The notes under the pieces were generated by a model. That model saw only the letters and a list, made by a program, of their open reading frames with translations. It searched no databases and was not told the DNA's origin. DNA of 52,175 nucleotides, from IMG/VR virus record IMGVR_UViG_3300028840_000942, positions 1 to 52,175 of that record; one strand, given 5' to 3'. Origin of the DNA: a virus (taxonomy: Duplodnaviria; Caudoviricetes). A program made the position numbers and the translations under genes. The number at the start of each line of letters is the position of its first letter. Position 1 is the stretch's first letter. Shown piece by piece: positions 46,123 to 52,175 of this stretch.

Positions 46123-47102
46123 GTGGGCACAATCTGTTGCATTCGCATTTCGTGAAGCAATGCGTTTCCGCATGTAATCCTACTATCGTCTTCTTCGTGC
46201 GATGCAATAAATACCAGCACATCGTAACCTGCGTTCAGTAGGGTTTTCTCATCTTTCTCATAAGGGCGGTAAGTAGTGTAATCGCCCTTGGTTTCAATGT
46301 GACTCCCTACAGCACTATTAGTTTTGTGCATAGGAGTTAGTTTTATAATGTAATCATCGGGGTCAAAGTATTTCAGTAGGGTGTCGGGGCAGATTTCATA
46401 ATCAGCAACCGCAAAGTTCAAGGTTATCTTCCTGCCATTTGGTATGATGCCATCCATGATTCTTGCAATATCCTCTAAGGTGTGGGCATTTCCATTAAAC
46501 ATTTCATTGCGTTCTTCCTCATTCGTAGAATTAATACTGAGTTGCAACCCAGCCTCCCCACGTAGCAACCTGTTTTTCATTCTCATCCAAGTATGAATAA
46601 AGGTTTTTAGCCACTCATTATGCTTTGGCATCATCGTGGATACGACAGGATGGATGGCATATTCAGGGTCTATATGCGTTTTGAACCACTTGGTAGCATC
46701 TAGCACATTCGGATTCCATGTGGGTTCACCCATACGGGCGAAGTGAATGTTAAGCCTCTTAGTGAACGGTACTTCTGGATGGATCTTGATTCCAGTTAAG
46801 ACCTGTTTAATTAAATCATTATAGGTAGCATTTTTCCCTGGTCCAACCAATGGAACGTCACAGAATGTACACCCCATGGAACATCCGTATTGCGAGGAAA
46901 TTGTAATTACCCACTTCTCACTCAAGGGAAGCATTGTGGTATGTTTTACGGGTGACGGTGTGCGAGTTAATCCCATGGCATCACACTTGAGGTTTACGTC
47001 CTTGCCATAGTCGCCAATAGACAGCATTTCTAATGAACCTCGCTCTCCTTGGACTATTAGAATATCACCCGTTGGAACTGGTATGCGTTTAATAATCTTC
47101 AT
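46119..47102 (-). CDS. RlmN/Cfr-like radical SAM protein
   Basis: SSQYGCSMGCTFC, ARMGEP, VST, LQLSINS, C-terminal ITCGN. Confidence 0.88.
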   Translation of the reverse strand: MKIIKRIPVPTGDILIVQGERGSLEMLSIGDYGKDVNLKCDAMGLTRTPSPVKHTTMLPLSEKWVITISSQYGCSMGCTFCDVPLVGPGKNATYNDLIKQVLTGIKIHPEVPFTKRLNIHFARMGEPTWNPNVLDATKWFKTHIDPEYAIHPVVSTMMPKHNEWLKTFIHTWMRMKNRLLRGEAGLQLSINSTNEEERNEMFNGNAHTLEDIARIMDGIIPNGRKITLNFAVADYEICPDTLLKYFDPDDYIIKLTPMHKTNSAVGSHIETKGDYTTYRPYEKDEKTLLNAGYDVLVFIASHEEDDSRITCGNALLHEMRMQQIVPT

Positions 47103-47148
47103 ATCCCTAACTCCTCTAATTCTTTAGATTATTATTTACTCCCGCGAC

Positions 47149-47490
47149 TTAGCAATACTGCTCAATGTCTTTCTCAAGGTCTTTTGTATCCTCATCAGGT
47201 ACCGTTTCCCCCATTACCTTTTCGATTGCCCGTGCCACATCCAACGCTGAATCCCTCGGTATGCTCACCATGTAATAATTGTGTACATACTTACCGTCCT
47301 GCGCCTTCCGTTTATACCCGTGCCTCTTTACCTTCCCATCCTCGTTGATATAAAAACTATGGATAACAAGACATTCCTTGCCGGTGTAATCGGGGGTATG
47401 CTTAAATACACGGAACCCTCGTTTGCCCCGCCCAGGTTTCTGCGGGGTAAATACATCAATGCCCCCAACTCTTTCCAACCATTCACTCAT
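47149..47490 (-). CDS. Putative PC4/YdbC-like ssDNA-binding protein
   Basis: LVI..FY....G.......VSIP......VA.AI pattern. Confidence 0.4.
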   Translation of the reverse strand: MSEWLERVGGIDVFTPQKPGRGKRGFRVFKHTPDYTGKECLVIHSFYINEDGKVKRHGYKRKAQDGKYVHNYYMVSIPRDSALDVARAIEKVMGETVPDEDTKDLEKDIEQYC

Positions 47491-47687
47491 CTATTTTACT
47501 CCTGCGCTTAAATATCATATAGGCGTTCCTTATAACAGGCATCACATATTGTTACCATGTCCGTCCTATCGTAGAGTTCCTTCACATAGGGACATTCCCT
47601 TGTGTGGACATCAGGTTTCTTTTGCTTGCAATCTTCACACTGTTCCATGACTCTCTCCCATGTCAGCGTAGCTAGTACGCCTCTGGC

Positions 47688-47702
47688 GTCTAACCGTTAG
47701 AC
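47688..47702. promoter_or_regulatory. 15-bp palindrome copy 5, GTCTAACCGTTAGAC
   Basis: Identical to copy 2. Confidence 0.7.
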
Positions 47703-47740
47703 TTTTTGCGGGGCACATCAATACCTCGTACAATACTCCA

Positions 47741-48160
47741 TTATTTATCCGCGATTTCCTTAAACTGCCCCATGTAATGTACAAAGGCTTCCTTGAGGCA
47801 CGGGATACAGTAATAATGTGACACCTCTCTCCATGCCATCCACGGCTTCTCTGGTATCGCATCACCCATAACTACTATTTGATATATCTCTACCCACTCT
47901 AGTGGGGATACTGAGAACATCACGTTTGCGCCATAGCCACACACTTCACACTCAGGTGCATCTCTTCGAGACTCATAAATACACACCTGCCCAAATTGAG
48001 GCAAATCGAATGAACTCGCATAGCTTTTCTCAGGAGTGTAACTTGTCACCACCCACTGATGTTCTAATAGGGAATCATCCCCTTGATCAACATCCTTGTG
48101 CATATCCTCTGCACATCCAAATAAAACTAAAATCGCGGTCAATACTAACCATTTCTTCAT
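47741..48160 (-). CDS. Lipoprotein with CxxC...CxxC
   Basis: MKKWLVLTAILVLFG-C lipobox; GAGGAG RBS. Confidence 0.7.
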   Translation of the reverse strand: MKKWLVLTAILVLFGCAEDMHKDVDQGDDSLLEHQWVVTSYTPEKSYASSFDLPQFGQVCIYESRRDAPECEVCGYGANVMFSVSPLEWVEIYQIVVMGDAIPEKPWMAWREVSHYYCIPCLKEAFVHYMGQFKEIADK

Positions 48161-48486
48161 TCTCCTCTCCTAATAGCGGGTACAATGCTCCACCGCCCGC
48201 TGTATCTTTACATTCATAGGCAGGTTATCGCCTCTAAGTTTATCCCTAATATAAAACTGTACATCCCGCATGAACTCAGGTATCTTTTGCGCGGGTAACT
48301 TCTCATACACCTTATTCTTATAGAAGGCGCGGGCAAATGCCTTGTAATGCCTGCCTAATAAATCTACTCGTTCAGCCATAATGTTCCGCGCATTCCTTAC
48401 AGGCAAACTCCATCTTGTCCAAATCGGGGAATATCACCCATGCCTCATAATCCTTAATCGCTTTCCCGCACACATAACACTCAATC

Positions 48487-48705
48487 TCATCCCGTGGCTT
48501 CAGTCTGATCGGATTCATTAACAGCCTCATATTGCGGGCAAGTTATGATTTTTACCTTGCTGGATTGCTTGCACCCACACTTGCAACCACGGCATAACTT
48601 ATTAGTTGTACGCCACCACCATTTTTCCCACGAACGGGAACTCTCAAACTCGAAAAAAAGGTCATTTTCTGTGTTTTTCGTATCAGCTAACTCGTTTGTT
48701 TGCAA
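48487..48705 (-). CDS. Small Cys-rich protein (C..C...CKQS....I.CP.Y)
   Basis: Motif in the translation; start uncertain. Confidence 0.55.
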   Translation of the reverse strand: MQTNELADTKNTENDLFFEFESSRSWEKWWWRTTNKLCRGCKCGCKQSSKVKIITCPQYEAVNESDQTEATG

Positions 48706-48935
48706 CCCGCTTTTACTGATGGGTTTCCCATTTACCCCCCTGTTTTTGGTGGGGGCATACTCGGTACTCTTTAAGTCTGCTCATCCGTTATGCCCGCTAG
48801 AATATCTGATTCATCTTCCCCGCAATTCAGGGGTACATCAGCTTCAAAGTTCTCCTCCGGTATAGCTTGGTATATGCCATCCTCAGTTACAAACATACTT
48901 ACAAAGAATATTTCATCCATCATTTACTCCGCGTT

Positions 48936-48950
48936 GTCTAATCGTTAGAC
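48936..48950. promoter_or_regulatory. 15-bp palindrome copy 6, GTCTAATCGTTAGAC
   Basis: At a gene boundary, adjacent to TTTACTCCGCG. Confidence 0.7.
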
Positions 48951-49123
48951 TTCCTTTAACCCCAAGACTATTGCATTGCCCCATCGCAGTTGATAGCCAC
49001 GACGCAGGAACTCCTCGACAGATATAACTTCACCATCTGGTATTCGTATTTCAATCGGACCAAACGCCGTTGCGTCTGATGTCCAACTATTGGGGTCGTG
49101 AACTTTACTCCACTTAATCTGTT

Positions 49124-50296
49124 TCATTCCTTTATCCCATGTCTTTTTAATAGCCATCTTGGGTACTTGCGGGTAATATCTACCCCCCATACCTGCTTGG
49201 CTATCCTTTTATATATGTTCACATCCCTATGTTGCTTCAAGTCGCTCACCGAATGCTCAACCTCACTCACACTCCGAGGTAACTGCTCAATATGATGAAA
49301 CTGGTACCCACGATTAAGGTTCTCATGTATATACCTGCACAGCCTGATAACACTACGGGTATCCGCCGAGCAATACTTAGTCTTCCCATCTACTTCCACA
49401 CAGATACCATCACCGCCCCACTTATAGTTTACCCCGTCATCTGAGTAACCTATCTTACGTACATTCGTATTCGTTACTATGTCCGTAACACTATCGGGGT
49501 CTAACCTGCTTATCCATCCATGATGCTGAGCAACGGTATCCTTCTTACCCCACGGGCACTCAGGGCGTATCTTCCTAACTAGCGGATCTCCCTTATCAAG
49601 ACAGGCTCGGAGGACATGGCTTGTTTCCTTTTCCGCACTCCACAGTATCTCCTTTCTGTACCCTAGCCTCCACAAATAATGAGCTAAACCATATCCCCAC
49701 TTGATACCCCAATCATCTCGCCCGTCCTTAGTGTCCCAAGCCTGCCTGCTATCTAATTCGTTGCCTAAACCATACAGATTCGGGCGTAACTTACGCCTGC
49801 TACCATCCTTCTTAATAAAGTACCCACGCTTGCCAACAACATCCCACACCCGTTTAATCCATAGCATATAATTACGCAACGATATAATATCAGTACCGTA
49901 TATCCCATCTTTGACTCCCTGCCGGTTATTGTACCAACAGTTCCAATCACGGTTACTCCAGTCCCGACCCTGCTTTGTACCGCAATGGTCGAACAGGTCA
50001 AAGTATATACTTATCTTCCATTCCGCTGCGGTTTCGCAGACACGGCGTAAATTATTCCAGTATTGCGGCTTAGGTAAATCCAGGTCATACTTCTTACCCT
50101 TCTTCATAAACGGGGTAACTTCCTCACCCCAAAACGGGAACAATCTAATGTAATCTACCCCCGCCTTACCTAACCTGTACATAAACCGATGTAATTCCTT
50201 ATCGGTAAACTGATGTGCCCTGCAATGTAAATCCAGTACAGCACATACAAAGTAGGGGAGTCCTATGAGTTTTCTTCTAACCAAATTTACTGCCAT
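49124..50296 (-). CDS. Glycoside hydrolase-like TIM barrel (GH5/clan A-like)
   Basis: YIRLF, LDLPKPQYW.NL...C..A....I....DLFD, LGNE, HHG and YSDDG motifs. Confidence 0.65.
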   Translation of the reverse strand: MAVNLVRRKLIGLPYFVCAVLDLHCRAHQFTDKELHRFMYRLGKAGVDYIRLFPFWGEEVTPFMKKGKKYDLDLPKPQYWNNLRRVCETAAEWKISIYFDLFDHCGTKQGRDWSNRDWNCWYNNRQGVKDGIYGTDIISLRNYMLWIKRVWDVVGKRGYFIKKDGSRRKLRPNLYGLGNELDSRQAWDTKDGRDDWGIKWGYGLAHYLWRLGYRKEILWSAEKETSHVLRACLDKGDPLVRKIRPECPWGKKDTVAQHHGWISRLDPDSVTDIVTNTNVRKIGYSDDGVNYKWGGDGICVEVDGKTKYCSADTRSVIRLCRYIHENLNRGYQFHHIEQLPRSVSEVEHSVSDLKQHRDVNIYKRIAKQVWGVDITRKYPRWLLKRHGIKE

Positions 50297-50824
50297 TTAC
50301 TTCTCCTCATCCATCTCTATCGGCTTGGATTGCAGGTCTTTGATGACATACAGAATGTCCTTGAGTGCATCGGCTTGAGAGTATCCGCTATCTATCAGGT
50401 TATCCAAGATTGCCTTGAGCCTACTCTTTGCCAACTTGAAATCAGGGACATCCACCTCCCCCTCTTCGCTGTCCGTCTTTTGTGCATTAATGGGGGATAA
50501 ATTCCCCTGTTCGCTGTCGGGTATTTCCTTTAGCCTATTCTGTTGTGCGGATTTTAGCTTGTCGGGGGATTGCTCTTTCTTTGCGTGTTCATAACCATGC
50601 TTTAAGCCCTGTTCATATTCTTGGGCAAGCACTTCTGTCTTTATTTCTGCGTCCTTAAAATGCTGTTCCACAATCTTGACGAGTTGGTTGTAGGCTTGTT
50701 CGCAATCCTCATGCTTCGTATCAGTAAACGGAATGTTCCATCCCTTCTCCTGTGCTACCGAATCAATCAAGTACCAAAAGTTCAAGTGTTTCAACAATTC
50801 ATCCTTCGTCATGTCTTTACTCAT
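50297..50824 (-). CDS. Hypothetical protein
   Basis: ORF track 50297..50884; likely start MSKDMT after AGGAG. Confidence 0.6.
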   Translation of the reverse strand: MSKDMTKDELLKHLNFWYLIDSVAQEKGWNIPFTDTKHEDCEQAYNQLVKIVEQHFKDAEIKTEVLAQEYEQGLKHGYEHAKKEQSPDKLKSAQQNRLKEIPDSEQGNLSPINAQKTDSEEGEVDVPDFKLAKSRLKAILDNLIDSGYSQADALKDILYVIKDLQSKPIEMDEEK

Positions 50825-50960
50825 CGGTGGACTCCTTCTCAAAAGAATATACGGTGCTTTCATCTGTGCGTGAACCCACATCAAATTGCCAATCCCCTGT
50901 TGTTTTCTCAGGACAAGGAATATCTTTACATTCCAATAATCGAGTTAAGTTAATCTTCAT
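50817..50960 (-). CDS. 47-aa hypothetical protein
   Basis: GGAGGTGAGGG RBS + ATG; MKINLTRLLECKDIPCPEK... Confidence 0.5.
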   Translation of the reverse strand: MKINLTRLLECKDIPCPEKTTGDWQFDVGSRTDESTVYSFEKESTDE

Positions 50961-51162
50961 CCCTCACCTCCACGACACTTGCTTTGACAATCTTGTATGT
51001 TCCCCTTTTACGGAAATTCCTCCAAGCATAAGTAGGACATTGTTTTATATCCCACATAGAATCCCACCACTCAACAACTTCTGTCCGCAATCGTTGAAAA
51101 GACCAAGGAATAACTCCGTCCCATTCGTTACTCATCGCCCATCCGTCATGCTTAATCTTCAT
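50950..51162 (-). CDS. Hypothetical protein flanked by a 22-bp direct repeat
   Basis: 70-aa ORF; ttaatcttcatccctcacctcc at 50950-50971 and 51152-51173. Confidence 0.65.
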   Translation of the reverse strand: MKIKHDGWAMSNEWDGVIPWSFQRLRTEVVEWWDSMWDIKQCPTYAWRNFRKRGTYKIVKASVVEVRDED

Positions 51163-51365
51163 CCCTCACCTCCCGAACCTCCCGTATCTAGTGGGTGAAT
51201 AGGTTTATTTTTCTTCGGCTCATCTGGTGGCATCTTCATCCTCCCGAACCTTGCACTCTTTATTGCATTTCACACAGACGTGCTTGCCTGTGCTTTCATA
51301 ATAGCCAGGACGCACCTCTTTAATCGTGGGCAACATGGTCGCCCCACAGCAATCACTCTTTGGGT

Positions 51366-51674
51366 TCATTTTCCCTCCTCGATACTTTGTATCATTGACT
51401 GTACCCGTGCATCAGCACGGAAAATAATTAAATCTCTCTCATGTCTATCATTATTCCTGTGAAAGTACACCATCGCTATCTTACCCTTGGCGTTCTCTTC
51501 CGCCTGTTGCATCCATTTCTCTAGGGTCTTCAGTCCGTTCTCTCTTTCCTTACACTCGACACTGAACCGACGTAACGCCACATCCTCACCACCGTAAAGT
51601 CCCTGCTTGAAACCACAGAAAGCCTCCGCTACATAATTCTCTAAGGCTTTCCCTCTACGGCGACCTTTACTCAT
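51366..51674 (-). CDS. Holliday junction resolvase-like PD-(D/E)XK nuclease
   Basis: RGKALE..VA...D....SVECK....W..QA; start MSKG at 51674. Confidence 0.75.
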   Translation of the reverse strand: MSKGRRRGKALENYVAEAFCGFKQGLYGGEDVALRRFSVECKERENGLKTLEKWMQQAEENAKGKIAMVYFHRNNDRHERDLIIFRADARVQSMIQSIEEGK

Positions 51675-51718
51675 TACGCCCCCAAAAATTTTCGGTAATA
51701 TTTTTCTAGCATATAAGC

Positions 51719-52009
51719 CTACCTGAACTTCCATTCTGAGATCGGAGTAACTTGTACTTTATCCCCGCCCCATTCTTTACCCCGCATCTGTCCCCAATAC
51801 CAACCGCCTTCCTCGCTTAACTTTGCCCGACAGTCATCACAGTACATATACTTATGTTCACTCTTGGGTTCCTTACAGAAATAACAAGGCTTATCCTTTT
51901 TCTCCCGCTTTTTGGTGATGACACTACCGTTGGCGCGGTAACATTTGATGCAGTACCCTGTAACATTATCTTTCTTTATCCTTGCCCCGCATTCACAGTG
52001 TCTAACCAT
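51719..52009 (-). CDS. Cys-rich Zn-finger protein
   Basis: CEC...CIKC...CYFC...CDDC; GAGGAGG RBS. Confidence 0.7.
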   Translation of the reverse strand: MVRHCECGARIKKDNVTGYCIKCYRANGSVITKKREKKDKPCYFCKEPKSEHKYMYCDDCRAKLSEEGGWYWGQMRGKEWGGDKVQVTPISEWKFR

Positions 52010-52014
52010 TAGAC
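52000..52014. promoter_or_regulatory. 15-bp palindrome copy 7, GTCTAACCATTAGAC
   Basis: Overlaps the start codon of 51719-52009 and the Nmad1 stop. Confidence 0.7.
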
Positions 52015-52031
52015 TTTTCCTCCTCTAGTAC

Positions 52032-52175
52032 CAAGGCAATCGCGGAGTAAATAAGGGTATCCCTTAACGTATCCTTAACACTCTCATCCTGTACCTTACA
52101 GCCCCCCTTCTGTAGCACGTTCTTTAAGCGGTGGTACTTATCGCCTAACCGCACGACTATCCCCATTACCCCGAA
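52032..52175. repeat. Terminal direct repeat, copy 2
   Basis: Identical to 1-144. Confidence 0.95.

Noticed and set aside
52032-52175. Terminal repeat as a biological direct terminal repeat
   Set aside because: It lies mid-gene (Nmad1) with no terminus-like features; circular assembly overlap is the simpler explanation
1-52175. Alternative genetic code, integrase/prophage state, or diversity-generating retroelement
   Set aside because: Large genes are intact in the standard code with all three stops used; no recombinase, reverse transcriptase or TR/VR pair was recognised

Overview
The window is an apparently complete, circularly assembled ~52.0 kb genome of an uncultured tailed dsDNA bacteriophage. 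Positions 1-144 are repeated at 52032-52175, and one gene reads through the junction. The architecture is podovirus-like. A + strand block (~11.5-46.1 kb) holds small early genes, then portal, scaffold, major capsid protein, fibre/adhesin genes, GroES, adaptor, nozzle, M15 endolysin, GNAT, ejection proteins, membrane/lysis genes and terS/terL. A - strand block (46.1 kb through the junction to ~10.9 kb) holds an RlmN-like radical SAM enzyme, a GH5-like TIM barrel, a resolvase, a nucleotide-metabolism cluster (Nmad1, DUF4406, DUF6899, phosphoesterase), a helicase, a ParZ-like/HNH protein, a Cas4-like nuclease and DUF3560. I recognised no DNA polymerase, primase, integrase, tRNA or CRISPR array. 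The most unusual signals are: (1) three consecutive fibre-module genes with N-terminal export signals, including a beta-helix/papain-protease/lectin fusion and a DUF2341-LamG protein with a membrane-anchor tail; (2) a 15-bp palindrome GTCTAA-N3-TTAGAC (7 copies) co-located with an over-represented 9-mer TTTACCCGC (at least 11 exact copies); (3) an RlmN-like enzyme that keeps the methyl-carrier Cys but lacks the resolving Cys; (4) small genes bracketed by exact duplications of gene-start sequences. All family assignments come from motif recognition by eye, not database searches.
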